Source: Mobula hypostoma
Taxonomy: Eukaryota
DNA length: 64,000 nt
Direction of reading: 5' to 3'
NCBI RefSeq assembly: GCF_963921235.1
Contig: NC_086109.1
Location: 34,908,001 to 34,972,000, forward strand
The notes under the pieces are model-generated. The model had not been told where the DNA came from. It ran no database searches and saw only the letters and a list, made by a program, of their open reading frames with translations. Below, piece by piece: positions 35,403 to 49,408 of the stretch. The stretch's first letter is position 1. The number at the start of each line of letters is the position of its first letter. The position numbers were made by a program, and so were the translations under genes.

Positions 35403-37751
35403 AAAGAAGTGTTTACCTTATTTTTATTACTTTAAATTTAGACAATTTACTATCAAATTTATTTCATTTTATTTTGTCACTATTTCAAAGTCATGGATTC
35501 TAAGATTTTGAAGAATGTTTAGTAATTAGGAAATTTGCTGATGGAAATATGCTGATACTTAGCAAGATCATTGAACTGAAGTTGCTTGGTTGAGAGAAAG
35601 ACTTCTATTTTATGCAAAAATGATTGATGTAATCATTTGAAATCTAACATTATTAGACAGTGGTAATTATAACCTTTGCTTTCGGGAGAATAAAGTCATT
35701 GTTGAACCAACTTTGCAATATTATCTAGTAATGTTATTAGGGTGAATCATCATGGATATAGCAATTTCAATGAAATACAGCTTCAGTTTTTTGAAGACTC
35801 AGTTTGAGGAGCATTTAAAGTAATTCCCTCAGATGCTATTTGGCAGTTCTGAAAATGTGCTTAAACACAATTGTTTGATACAAGGCTTTCAGTGAACCAA
35901 TGGAATTGTGACAAGGCTGATAATTCCAAGACAGAGAGGAACAGGGCGTGAACCAACTATTCTAAATGCATCCTTGCAACCTTCCCACTGTTCTGTGGCC
36001 TCCTGCACAACTCCAGTTTCTACTCTTCTCTCAGATTCTTTACTTCTCTTCCTTCCTTGTTTCTCTTCTTTCCTCGCCTTGTTTACGATGCACCTCAAAA
36101 ACTACTTCTTTAATCGTGCTCTAGTTTCTTTGAGAACAGACTTCTCTACGGATGTAGGGGAAGTATTTCTTTGAAGTACGACAGGCAGTCCTGGATAATC
36201 AATAGATTCCACGTTCACAGGTATATATCATTTGTAAAATACACATTCTCTTGACTTGGTGATTATACTCCACAGTAATATAGTGAATGACATCAAAAAT
36301 ACACAAGATTTATAAGAAAGAACAATCACTATAAGTGGTGAGAGAGAAGAAACTAGTTCTGCTGTTTTTAGGAACAAACTGTATGTTGGACTTTTGAATG
36401 CAATGGTATAGGTGATCATCCATAATTAGGGATGTCCTTAAGTTTGATGTTCATAATTTAGGGATGACTCTATTTAAATGAAAGGGGCAGTTGTAGGTGT
36501 GATCCTAGGTTCATTCTTTACCATTGGGAGTAGATATTAGCAATATTACACAATGTGGAACATCAATAATAATGGCACCAGTATTATGGAAGTATGGAAT
36601 AATTCTCCACAAAATAAACTGTACCTGAAACATCCAGTGCTCTGGAAGAGATTTCTGTTTATTCTTTGGAAATTTAACAATGTGTGGATTTTCAGCAGAG
36701 GCAAGAATGTGGGCGTAAGATTAGAAAGAGTGAATGTGTAACTGTTTAGAAGAAAGAGTGGGAGTGTAAATGGGAAATAGAAGCACCAGCAGTAGGAGTA
36801 AAGAAGATTACAAATGTGGGAGTAGGAGCAAAAGAAATCAAAAGACTGAAAGCATGGGGCTTAAAACAGAAGACTGGTTCTTACAAAAGCAAAAAAAACT
36901 TGCGTAGCACTAGCAATCTAGTTGAACTTATAGTTAATTAATCATCAAGTACTGAGAATGGAACTGAAAGCAAAGCAAAGTATCTCTTGTTGCACTAAAA
37001 GAAGGAAATAGCTGAAGACTAAAATGTGGGATTATAGCCTGTTGTAATATGGTAATATCGATAATTGCAGTGTTGGTCTTGTCAAACTCAAATTCCAGGA
37101 AGATTTCAGGTCGCAAGATACACATACACACACATTCCTCCCAAACAACGCTTTGTAGAGGGGTACTTGAATTTATTGTGCTCTATTATGCTTCATGACT
37201 TCTACATTAGATTTGTTATTAAGCTTGCTGTTTCCTGTGCCTTTGTCTTTGTCAGCTACCAGTTCACTGGATTACATTCATTGCCACATGTCTCCTGGGT
37301 TCATCTAGTTAGTACACCTCTGACAGTCTGTTTCATGTATTTTACCCCTATTTCAGTGCAGAGTTTTCTCACAATTAATGCTTGAGGTTGAAGCTCTGCT
37401 GTTCTACGCTTCCTAGTTATGAATAGTGTTGGATGAAAGAAGGAACATCCTTTTTCTTAAAGATGGCAAGATCCACCCGTGAGGTTGAAGGAATTGCTAC
37501 CAGAAATACTCAGCAGTTGATCTATTTCAACTTCTTCTTGAGATTCCCACAATCACAGAAGCCAGTCTTCAGTCAACTGAGTTAAATTCAATGTGAGACA
37601 GTGGGTGAGACATTGCATGTATAATATTGTATATCTACATGCCAGAACTAGCTCTACCACCAAGTGAGCTATTCCAGGACAATTACAGAACTATCATCTA
37701 CCCAAGAATGTGGAGACCTGCCCAGATGTAACTGTCTTTACATTTTTTTTA

Positions 37752-37980
37752 GATATACAGCACAGTAATGAATGCTCCAACCCAATGAGCCCCCACTGTC
37801 CAGTTACACACAATTAACTTACTAACCAGTACCTTTGCAGAATGTCAGAAGAAATGGACCCCCGCAAGAAACCCATGAAGTCATGGGGAGCATGTACTAA
37901 CACAAAGATAGCAGCAGAATTGACCCCATTGTGCTGGCGCAGTAATAGTGTTAAACTAACAGCTATGCTATCATGCCACC
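37752..37980 (-). mobile_element. Decayed V-domain SINE
   Basis: Reverse-complement similarity to 13761-14047 (gaaaccca...catggggag). Confidence 0.55.
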
Positions 37981-38099
37981 TTTTACAGAAAATTCAGGAC
38001 ACATCAATTTTGGCTAATACTGCCATTCATCCCACTTTAAATCAGGAGTAAAATGTTGGAAAAGTTCATTGACAGTGCTAGGAAGCATCATTGACTCTC

Positions 38100-38490
38100 C
38101 AATAACCTGACCATGTGGCTCCTGACTTTGCCTTATTCAAAGTATGGACAAATAAAATGGAATTAGTAGAGAAGGTGTCAATGGCTGCCCTGGGAGGCAT
38201 TTTGGCAAGTGGGACATCAAGTAACTGAAGCCAATAGGTAAAAAGGAAAATACTTTCCCATGTTCGAAATCAGACCTCACAAGAAGGAAGGCGATTATAG
38301 TTGCTGGTTAATCTTCCCAATTGCAAGACAATATTGCAGGATTTTCTCAGAGCAGTTTCTCAGACTGAAATATCTTCAGCAGTTTTGGCAATGACTTTCC
38401 ATTTATTATAAGCTTCAACATTAGTTCAATCATCAAAGATTGCACAGAGCTCAACGTCATAGACAACCCCTCAGATCATGAAAATATTGT
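38100..38490 (+). mobile_element. Old LINE RT fragment (CR1/L2 group)
   Basis: Degenerate PQ.S...IFS...ND...DC motif order. Similar to 44960-45280. Confidence 0.45.
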
Positions 38491-39273
38491 TACTGAATTA
38501 TTTCAACTACCCCTACATAGTACAATGAATATCACCATCTCTGAAGTGTATTTAAACATCGAAAATAGTAGAGCAATTTTCAGAAATACGACTAAATCCT
38601 CAATCAAGAAAGAGAAATTTCACTCCCACTGCCTTGTCTACACTCAAAATAAAACAGCAAATGTCGTAGCTCGCACAGATACATTTTCATAAAAAATAAT
38701 TCAGTGGAAATAATGTAAAGCTTGCCCCCAGCAAAATCACAGCAGATTCCTCAAATAATATTGACAGTAGAAGTGTTTTGCTTTAATATAATTCTTTTAA
38801 TGTAGAAAATCTTCCATTATCATCTACAAAGATGTAGTTAGTAAGATTTGACCTGAATTCCAATCCGAACATTTGAATTAGATAAAGAAATTAGGAGAAA
38901 TTAGAGAGATGAAATTGCATGAATTAGAATGTGGAAGAATTGAAAGGAATTTCAAGATTGTGAAATGACTTTCAGGTAAAACTTGTAGAGGGTGGAGAGC
39001 ATCATAATGGTCAGAGAGGATGGTGACTAACTGGAATTGTATACTCCAGAAGGTTGTGAGGCTGGATCACTGAAAGTAGTTAAAGAGGATTTTTGGGGAA
39101 CTAAAGGCAAAGGGAAACTGGCAGAGAAGAGATGAGCCACAATCCTATTAAATAGCAGGGCAGGCTTGAGGGGAAAAGTGGCCAATTCCTGCTCCTATTA
39201 CCTACGTTCTGAGACGGCAGAGGTGTAATGAATTAAGGAGGTGAGAATGTGTGTGACAGAGAGAGAGAGAGAG

Positions 39274-42070
39274 ATAGAACATAGAACATAGAACATAGAA
39301 TAGTACAGCACAGTACAGGCCCTTCGGCCCACAATGTTGTGCCGACCCTCAAACACTGCCTCCCATATAAGCCCCCACCTTAGATTCCTCCATATACCTG
39401 TCTAGTAGTCTCTTAAACTTCACTAGTGTATCTGCCTGCACCACTGACTCAGGCAGTGCATTCCACACACCAACCACTCTCTGAGTGAAAAACCTTCCTC
39501 TAATATCCCCCTTGAACTTCCCACCCCTTACCTTAAAGCCATGTCCTCTTGTATTGAGCAGTGGTGCCCTGGGGAAGAGGCGCTGGCTATCCACTCTCTC
39601 TATTCCTCTTATTATCTTGTACACCTCTATCATGTCTCCTCTCATCCTCCTTCTCTCCAAAGAGTAAAGCCCTAGCTCCCTTAATCTCTGATCATAATGC
39701 ATACTTTCTAAAACAGGCAGCGTCCTGGTGAATCTCCTTTGTACCCTTTCCAATGCTTCCACATCTTTCCTATAGTGAGGTGACCAGAACTGGACACAGT
39801 ACTCCAAGTGTGGCCTAACCAGAGTTTTATAGAGCTGCATCATTACATCGCGACTCTTAAACTCTATCCCTCGACTTATGAAAGCTAACACCCCATAAGC
39901 TTTCTTAACTACCCTATCCACCTGTGAGGCAACTTTCAGGGATCTGTGGACATGTACCCTGAGATCCCTCTGCTCCTTCACACTACCAAGTATCCTGCCA
40001 TTTACTTTGTACTCTGCCTTGGAGTTTGTCCTTCCAAAGTGTACCACCTCACACTTCTCTGGGTTGAACTCTATCTGCCACTCCTCAGCCCACTTCTGCA
40101 TCCTATCAATGTCTGTCTGCAATCTTTGACAATCCTCTACACTATCTACAACACCACCAACCTTTGTGTCGTCTGCAAACTTGCCAACCCACCCTTCTAC
40201 CCCCACATCCAGGTCGTTAATAAAAATCACGAAAAGTAGAGGTCCCAGAACCAATCCTTGTGGGACACCACTAGTCACAGTCCTCCAATCTGAATGTACT
40301 CCCTCCACTACTACCCTCTGCCTTCTGCAGGCAAGCCAATTCTGAATCCACCTGGCCAAACTTCCCTGGATCCCATGCCTTCTAACTTTCTGAATAAGCC
40401 TACCGTGTGGAACCTTGTCAAATGCCTTACTAAAATCCATATAGATCACATCCACTGCACTACCCTCATCTACATGCCTGGTCACCTCCTCAAAGAACTC
40501 TATCAGGCTTGTTAGACACGATCTGCCCTTCACAAAGCCATGCCGACTGTCCCTGATCAGACCACGATTCTCTAAATGCCTATAGATTCTATCTCTAAGA
40601 ATCTTTTCCAACAGCTTTCCCACCACAGACATAAGGCTCACTGGTCTATAATTACCCGGACTATCCCTACTACCTTTTTTGAACAAGGGAACAACATTCG
40701 CCTCCCTCCAATCCTCCGGTACCATTCCGGTGGACAACGAGGACATAAAGATCCTAGCCAGAGGCTCAGCAATCTCTTCTCTCTCCTCGTGGAGCAGCCT
40801 GGGGAATATTCCGTCAGGCCCCGGGGACTTATCTGTCCTAATGTATTTTAACAACTCCAACACCTCCTCTCCCTTAATATCAACATGCTCCAGAACATCA
40901 ACCTCACTCATATTGTCCTCACCATCATCAAGATCCCTCTCATTGGTGAATACCGAAGAGAAGTATTCATTGAGGACCTCGCTCACTTCCACAGCCTCCA
41001 GGCACATCTTCCCACCTTTATCTCTAATCGGTCCTACCTTCACTCCTGTCATCCTTTTTTTCTTCACATAATTGAAGAATGCCTTGGGGTTTTCCTTTAC
41101 CCTACTCGCCAAGGCCTTCTCATGCCCCCTTCTTGCTCTTCTCAGCCCCTTCTTAAGCTCCTTTCTTGCTTCCCTATATTCCTCAATAGACCCATCTGAT
41201 CCTTGCTTCCTAAACCTCATGTATGCTGCCTTCTTCCACCTGACTAGATTTTCCACCTCACTTGTCACTCATGGTTCCTTCACCCTACTATTCTTTATCT
41301 TCCTCACTGGGACAAATTTATCCCTTACATCCCGCAAGAGATCTCTAAACATCGACCACATGTCCATAGTAGATTTCCCTGCAAAAACATCATCCCAATT
41401 CACACCCGCAAGTTCTAGCCTTATAGCCTCATAATTTGCCTTTCCCCAATTAAAAATTTTCCTGTCCTCTGTGATTCTATCCTTTTCCATGATAATTATA
41501 AAGGCCATGGAGCAGTGGTCACTGTCCCCCAGATGCTCACCCACTGAGAGATCTGTGACCTGACCCGGTTCATTACCTAGTACTAGATCTAGTATGGCGT
41601 TCCCCCTGGTCGGCCTGTCCACATACTGTGACAGGAATCCATCCTGGACACACTTAACAAATTCTGCCCCATCTAAACCCTTGGAACTAATCAGGTGCCA
41701 ATCAGTATTAGGGAAGTTAAAGTCACCCATGATAACAATCCAGTTATTTTTGCACCTTTCCAAAATCTGCCTCCCAATCTGCTCCTCTATATATCTGCTG
41801 CTACCAAGGGGCCTATAGAATATCCCCAGTAGAGTAACTGCTCCCTTCCTGTTCCTGACTTCCACTCATATTGACTCAAAAGAGGATCCTGCTACATTAC
41901 CCACCCTTTCTGTAGCTGTAATAGTATCCCTGACCAGTAATGCCATCCCTCCTCCCCTTTTTCCGCCCTCTCTATCCCTTTTAAAGCACTGAAATCCAGG
42001 AATATTGGGAATCCATTCCTGCCCTGGTGCCAGCCAAGTCTCTGTAATGGCCACTACATCATAATTCCAT
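39274..42070 (-). mobile_element. Young 5'-truncated CR1 (HER1-like) LINE
   Basis: (ATAGAAC)n tail at 39274-39300. ORF2 is in a single frame. Confidence 0.97.
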
Positions 42071-42084
42071 GGCATGAATTGCAT
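39349..42084 (-). pseudogene. CR1 ORF2 (AP endonuclease + RT), two in-frame stops, no frameshift
   Basis: AITETW, MGDFN, SDH, NYRPVSL, DFSKAFDKVPH, GVPQG, FADD. The three ORFs abut in frame. Confidence 0.96.
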
Positions 42085-42619
42085 GAATATATAACTTCCA
42101 ATGTAAATACATCAGAAAGCACTTGAAACTAATGAGGTGCTTCTGAAGTGTTGATGTCACTGTAAAGTTGGCAAATCTGGCAAAGTGTATTAGTTTGGTT
42201 TCCCATTGTTTGATTGATAGCACACTTGGAAATGTTTAAATTTCTTGATTGCCTGTTGTACTTTATTCTGTTGACACTGGAGTGGGTTTGTTTTAACCAT
42301 TATTTGGTTCAGAGGTGACTTTTTGAATACAGTTCAGATATATAGCGGAACTATGACAGAGGGACATGCAGTTTTTCACAGTACCTTGGATCATGTGACA
42401 ATAATAAACCAAGTTACCTTTTTTATTTTCCATTCTGCCTATCTATTTGATTCCATTCAAACAAAACTACAAAATTATATACTTTTTTCCAACATGAAAC
42501 TACAGCCTTGCAAGTTACAGCACTTCAATAATCAAATAGATTTCTAGATGTACCTCTCAAACTCTTTCCAACAAAGAGATAAGATGAGACCTGGGCGGAT
42601 CAGCCATGATCATAATGCC

Positions 42620-42870
42620 TGGGCGCCGTGGCGGTTAGCATGACACTGTTACAGCTTGGGGCATCAGAGTTCCATCTCAGCATCCTCTGTAAGGAGTTTC
42701 TGTGGCCTCCCTGTGGAATGTGTGGGTTTTCTCTGGGTGCTCCAATTTCCTCCCACAGTCCAAATTGGTCATCGTAAGTTGTCCTGTGTTTAGGTTAGGT
42801 TTAATTGGGGTTGTTGGGGGTTGCTGAGGTGGCGTTGCTCGATGGGCCGGAAGGGCCTGCTCTGTGCTTA
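42620..42870 (+). mobile_element. V-domain SINE inserted in a CR1 tail
   Basis: gtggcggttagc A box, V-domain gtgggttttctctgggtgctccaatttcctcccacagtccaaa, tail gggccggaagggcctg. Confidence 0.8.
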
Positions 42871-43998
42871 ATTAAGAAAATGGCAGGACAGGATCAGAGA
42901 GGCTAAGTGATCAACTGCTATTTTAATTTCTTATTAGATTAGAGAGGTATAACAGATGAAGGAAAACAAAGAGAGAGAAAGAAAGGTTCTAGAGTAATTG
43001 TTCTAGATGAACATCTCTATCATAATCCTTTGAATCTGCACCTCCTGATTTTGTTCCTTTGTTTTGAGAGAAATACGTCATGTCTATTTACTGATATTCA
43101 CAATGTTTTCGTTTTAAATTCAGTTTCCAGTATGTGCAGCAGTTTGCTTTTGGAAAGACTTGCAGTCTGTTGAACTCACCCTTTTCCTCTTTTCCTCCTC
43201 GTGTATCTTCAAACTTCATATTACAATGTAAGCGTTCAGCATGGACTAGATGGGCTAAAAGGCCTGTTTCTGCTTAACAGTGTTAATTCACATGGTGTTG
43301 ATATATTTTCATCAAGTGTCACCTCCCTCTGTGAGGAGGATCTGGCTGTCTGAGCATCTAACATTCAGGTCACTTTTCCAGCATCTACGGTTGTAACACC
43401 ACAAAATCAGTATGGCATAGCCATGGTTTGTTGCACATAACATCATTTGGAAAGGTGAATGAAAATGAAGTGTAAATCAAAAAAAAACTGCAGATGTTGG
43501 AAATCTAAAATAAAAACAGAAAATGTTGGAAATGACCAGCAGGTCAGGCAGTATAAATATTTCACTTCAAAAACTGCTCAGAATGATTGTGTCACCTAAT
43601 TCAAAAGACCAGGCTACCTCTAACCACTATGCTGTACAAACCTGTAAATCCCGCATAAGCATTTAAAGGTTATGTTGCTGCAAATTCCTGTTTCATTATT
43701 TGAAGGTTAAATGTATTCAAAAAATGCTGCAGGCAATCTTTGCTCTTGGGAATCTTTGCTGTGATTCAGGGAATGTGTGATATGCTTGGACATAGATGTT
43801 CCTACGGGAGCAACAGTAGTGTCAATCATCATTCAACATGCATTTGATGCTATTGCTGCAACACTGCAGCATGCCTATGGGCATCAAATGGAAGAGCAGA
43901 TCTTCAGAAGGGCAAAAAGGCTTGTGTAAGTTAAAGGTTTACCCTACCTTAGCCATTATCAGGTTCCATCATTGAAGATGGCCCATTATATCTTCTGC

Positions 43999-44090
43999 AA
44001 TGAACCAAGCATGTCTATTATTTGGAATATAGCTTTCTAGTTTCAGTGAACCAAACATATCTAATATTTGGAATACAGCTTTCTAGTTTC
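43999..44090. repeat. 46-bp tandem duplication
   Basis: 43999-44044 and 44045-44090, with few substitutions. Confidence 0.9.
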
Positions 44091-45280
44091 TTGGGTGGAG
44101 TGGAATGGTGACAGATCTTCATCAAAGTTCTTAAATTCAACACCATGATGTCCTTCTCTCTTCTAGAGATACTTGGCACCCATTCCAGTCTTCCATTTGC
44201 CTCTTCAAATGAACACTGAATAAAATCTGCCTTCCTCCTGACTTAAAGCATTGAAAACCAATGTTTAGGAGCTCCTGCAGAGGCACAAGATTGCATTTCA
44301 GAGTTTGCAGTGCTTTTGCAGGTTTTGAACTAATGTGCTGACTTCTCAAAATTTTCTAGAGCTTATGTGCATCATTCTGTGCATAACATTTCTGAAAGAA
44401 ACCCTCTCCCCTTCTCTCTTCTTTGCACTACACTTTTTTAGGGTGTAATTCTAAACACTTTATGGCTATTGTCTTTTAACTCTAGACATTTATTCAATTA
44501 AATAAATACAGATTGTTTTAAAAGGAGATTCCTCTATCAACTCTCCTTCATGTTCAGAGAATCAGATAAAATGGTTTAAATAATCCTGGACCAGAAGCAC
44601 TGCCTCAGAAGGCCATTACTAATGATCTCCAGTGTGCTGATCTCATCTCCTAGGTGTACATGGCATCACATTCACGTCAAGCCTGTAGCAGCTTCATTAA
44701 AATGTACTTTCAGTAACAACATAGTTCCTTCTTTCCAAGTCATCCTTCTTAGAGGCTGAAAAGGTATTCATATCTAGCGTGAAATGACATGAAATATCAC
44801 TTTAGATAGAAAGCATCAGGGTCAAATGTTATATCATAATGAATGGACATTCAAAGAGCCTCTCTTTTATTGGGAATCTTGGTTTGGAGTAAAAAATCTG
44901 TTGTAATTCCTCCCAAAGTTCTGTGTGAAATCTTACTCACTGAACTTTTGCAGATATGCCAGTATGTTCCTGCAGAATTCCTCAGGGCTTTTTTTTGTAT
45001 TGAGCCCAATTAACTTCAGCTGCTTCTTGGATATCCGTAAGTATTTCTATGTCAGTAGTGGAGATTTTTGATGATGATAGCACAATATACAATTTCAGTT
45101 GCAACTCCTCAGCAAGTGTATCAGTCTATGCATACAGATAGCAAGACTTGGATAACTTCCAGACATGGGCAAATAGCATTTGTGCCACAAAAGTACCAAA
45201 TAACTTACTCTGACTAAAGAGAGTCTGCCTACTTAATACTGACATTTAGTGGCATTAACATCACCAAGAACTCTACTCTT

Positions 45281-45911
45281 CAGGCGGGAGGAGAAGATAG
45301 CAGCGCGCCATGCGCACGCAGCTCTCCAGTGAAAATGATATCGTATCCGTTAAATAGGGCCCGTGGACAATTCTGATTTGATGGAGACAGATGTGAAAGC
45401 ACAGAGGAACATCTGGAGAAATTTCTGAAACGCCAGTTCGCTGCTGCTGTTACTGTGCGATTGAGAATCTTCCGGAGGGAAGGCCTCAAAATCCCTGGCT
45501 TTGTCTGCTGCTGGCGACCGAGACTGAGATTGAATCATTCGGATAGAGATGGTGCTCGGTACTCGGTGTCGGAGAGCTGATCAGAGGCTCGAAGTTCTCG
45601 GATGACTCAGAGTTGGACTGTGGTCGGGCATGGCAGGGAGAGTTTTCTTCCTTCTCCTGTCTTGAGATGTGGGACTTTCAAGAAACTTTGAACTCTTTTA
45701 CTGTGCCATGGACTGTTCTTCATCAAGTTATGGTATTGTTGCACTGTTGTAACTATATGTTATAATTACGTGGTTTTGTTAGTTTTTTCAGTCTTGGTCT
45801 GTCCTGTGTTTTGTGATATTACACCAGAAGAATATTGTATCATTTCTTAATGCATGCATTACTAAATGACAATAAAAGAGGACTGCGTGTCCTCATAATC
45901 TAATCTAATCT
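45281..45911 (+). mobile_element. Non-autonomous element with Rex1-like 3' tail, inserted in an old LINE (~44960-46090)
   Basis: CpG-rich 5' end with an AAGATGGCGGCG-like motif (aagatagcagcg). Tail tgacaataaa...(aatct)n matches the Rex1 tail at 49378-49408. Confidence 0.6.
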
Positions 45912-48565
45912 TAACATTATGTGACCACCATTGACAAAATACTCACCAGGAATCAGCTCCATAAATATTAGGATTACAAGGTAGATCAGAGGCTAGGTAT
46001 CCTGGCCAGAGTAATTTAACTCCTGCCAACAAAGCACTTTAAAACCACTTACAAGCTCTTAGTTAGGAGCATGATGGAATATTGTTAATTGCCCTGTTAT
46101 ATCCTTTATGAAGTTGAAGAACTTTTCTCAGAATTAGGAAATTTACAGTGTTTATTTACCCAATGTAAAACTGGTTCTATTAGGAAGAAAAATATCTATT
46201 TAGGACAATAATAATTACTAAATAGCTTGAATGTTGATTAAAAAATACTGAAGAATTATACTAAGATATCACCAAAAGTGAAGAGAGATATAAACCATTT
46301 TTCTCTAATTTGGCTCCTACTTGTCTGACAAGTAAAGTTGATCACTCAGAAACTTCATTTTCTTCTTTGTAAAAATAGTAATGTAATTCAGCATTTAATT
46401 TGCTATTAATATGTAAGATTCTGGATCAATGGACTGGATTTCAGAAAACACAAATTACTGAGACATGCTCAGATGATATGTTCAAATTTTAATAAGTTCC
46501 ACCTCAGCCTCGAAACACTGCCCAATCAGTTCATTGGCAGGATTTATGGAAGTAGGGTGAATATGGGTGCAAAAAAGTGGGCAACCAAGCTACTCTGAAA
46601 CTTAACAACTTAAATACTTTTTGTCACTGTAGCAGCCAGTATTACCTTGCAGTGAGCAGCAGCTTCTCTTGTCTCAGTAAACTGAAGTAATGTGCCAAGA
46701 GTTATACAACATAAAAACATCTTACAAACACTTATGCCAATTGACTTTGATCCTATTTGCTCAGACTAGCACCATTTCTTTATAAGGAGGCAGTTTAGAA
46801 AGATGTTACATAATAAAAGCAAAGTTCAAATATTAAAGTACATTTATTAGCAAAATACCATATACAACCTTGAGATTCAACTTCTTGCAGGCAGCCACAA
46901 AACAAGGAAACATATTAGAATCCTTGGAAAAAAAACCCACACCACAAAGACTGTTAAATATCCACTGTCTGGAAAAAAGAACACAGATCATAAACTGCAG
47001 AGCCCCCGAAAGTTAGCATGCTAGGAAATTTGAGCTTCAGATCATGAAGTTCTCCCCACAGCATTTATGGTCAGGTCAGATTAATATCCATGCCTCATTT
47101 AATTAAAGCCATTCTCATTAAGAAATTACAAGACGGAAGCTTTTCTGCATTATCAATCCCTTCATAGTTTATGGTTAACATTGTTATTTTTCACTTTGTT
47201 TAATTTTCTTATGCTTGTTTGTAATTTTATATAATCACCTATATACATGTAAAGCTTTATTTGTCTACTGTTCTCTTTTCATTGTCCCTCTTCTCTGCTG
47301 TCATAACACTTACTAAAGTTATCATAAGCAACAAGTTTTTATGTTTCATTCTTGGCTTCCGAAGAACCTTTGGATCGCAAGAGCATCAGAACCCAATACC
47401 CTCCAACGGAGCTGCTGTGTGCATGCCATCTGCAAAATGCAGTAACTTTGATATCTAGACTACTCTCTTTGAATATCACACAAACTGCGGTCTCTGTCAC
47501 CAGAAAGGACAAGAGCAGCAGGCAAGTATTCATCTTTAAGTCTTACCCAACACAGACTTGGAAAGATATCACCACTTTTTCATCATCATTGGAGCCAAGT
47601 CCCTTTGCACGTTACCAGTGTGGGGGTTTCTTTAGCACAAGGATTTCAATAGTTGTGGAAGAAGACTTACCCTCAACTTCTCAAGGGCGCCTAGGAATGG
47701 GCAATAAATTCTGGCTTTGCTATGCTAAATTTTGCGTAACAGAAAATGCAAAAAAAATCAATACAATAGAAATATCAATGCTTTATTTCATTCACACCAA
47801 TGAAAGGAGAGTAAATGTCATATTGGAATGGGAATACTCATTATTCTTCATTTTCTAAATGATTTATTAAAATGTCACTGTTGATACATGCTTGATGAAA
47901 TAAGTCAAGTCAGGAATCAAAGGAATTACTGAAAGGAAATATAAAGTGGATTTAGCATCTATTGCAAGGACAATTAAATCAACCATGAATCTGAAAATTT
48001 AACTTTGAAGGAGTTAATAAATACGCTTTTAAACAAACTATTCCTTAGTTCACTTCATCTCAATCCTCCAAGGCAATTAATTTCCAGGTAGTTGTGTTTA
48101 ATTACACAGTTTAAAATAAATTACAAAGCCATTGGAGTTGAGAAAAGATTGTTGTTGTTAATCTGCAAAAATTAATTATTTGAATTAAGTTTAAAATTTT
48201 GCACTGAAGATATGGGAGATGCTGACCATAATTTATTTATTGACCATCCCTAGATGTCCTGAGAAGATGGTGACAGCCTTACTTATTGCTGTTCTTGTGT
48301 TGATGAAATTAAAGGATTCTATGATATGAACCTTGTGAGGGAGATGAGATGTAGGATATGCTGGTGAATGATACATTATATATACAAAGTGAACTGAAAT
48401 TAGATGAAAGGTGCTGAGTTCAGAACATAGAACAAGACAGCACAGCACTGCACAGACGATTCAGCCTCAGTGATGTGATGCCAGTTCATAATAGATATCC
48501 TCCTATTGCATATCATTAAGATTCCTCCATCTCGTTTATATTGATGTGTTCATTTAAAAGCCTTT

Positions 48566-49408
48566 TAACGATGACAAGACGGCCTACAGGGACAAGGTCC
48601 AGCAGCTGGCCGCATGGTGTGCCGACAACAGCCTGGCCCTTAACACCTAGAAGACAAAGGAGATCATTGTGGATTCAGGCATGCTAGGAGCCACACTCAC
48701 GCCCCCATCTACATCAACGGAGCTGTAGTGCAGCATGCATCAAGCCTCAAATTCCTTGGTGTCCACATTGCCGAGGATCTCACCTGGTCCCTGAACTCCT
48801 CGATCCTGATCAAAAAGGCGCAACAGCACCTTTATTTCCTGCGGAACATCAAGAAAGCTCACCTCTGTCCCAGGATACTGACCCATTTTTACTACTGTAT
48901 CATTGAGAGCATACTCACCAACTGTATCTCAGTGTGGTATGGCAATTGTCCCGTATTGGACTGCAAAGCACTCCAGCGTGTGGTGAAAACTGCCCAGTGG
49001 ATTATCGGCACTTAATTGCCCACCATTGAGAACAGCTACCATAAACGCTGCCTGGGAAGGGCGAAAAGCATTATCAAGGACGCATCTCACCCTAACCATG
49101 GACTTTTTACTCTCCTCCCATCCAGTAGGCGCTACAGGAGCCTCCGCTCCCGCACCAGCAGGCACAGGAAGAGCTTCTTCCTTGAGGCTGTGACCCTGCT
49201 GAACCTCACATCACAGCACTAAGCAGTATTGCACCCATGTTGTACTGTCTCAGTAATTTTACATTTGTGTGCTGTAGCACTTTTTATTCACAGTTATTTT
49301 GTAAATAACACTGTTCTTTGCATTTCTGGTCAGATGCTAACTGCATTTCATTGGTTTTGTATCTGTACTCAGCACAATGACAATAAAGTTGAATCTAATC
49401 TAAACTAA
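48566..49408 (+). mobile_element. Rex1-type LINE, 5' truncated, inserted in a CR1 3' fragment
   Basis: KFLGVHIAEDLTWS...LYFLR...ESILT, DASHPNHGLFTLLPS.RRYRS; tail tgacaataaagttgaatctaatct. Confidence 0.88.

Noticed and set aside
36125..36220. Possible 96-nt exon
   Set aside because: Weak donor (GTATAT), phase incompatible with the 34640 candidate, and peptide not recognised.
39485..41818. Multiple plus-strand ORFs
   Set aside because: They are antisense frames of the CR1 ORF2.
47352..47858. 168-aa ORF as a gene
   Set aside because: Overlaps a decayed LINE 3' end (ctcaagggc...gggcaataaattctggc) and shows no protein motif.
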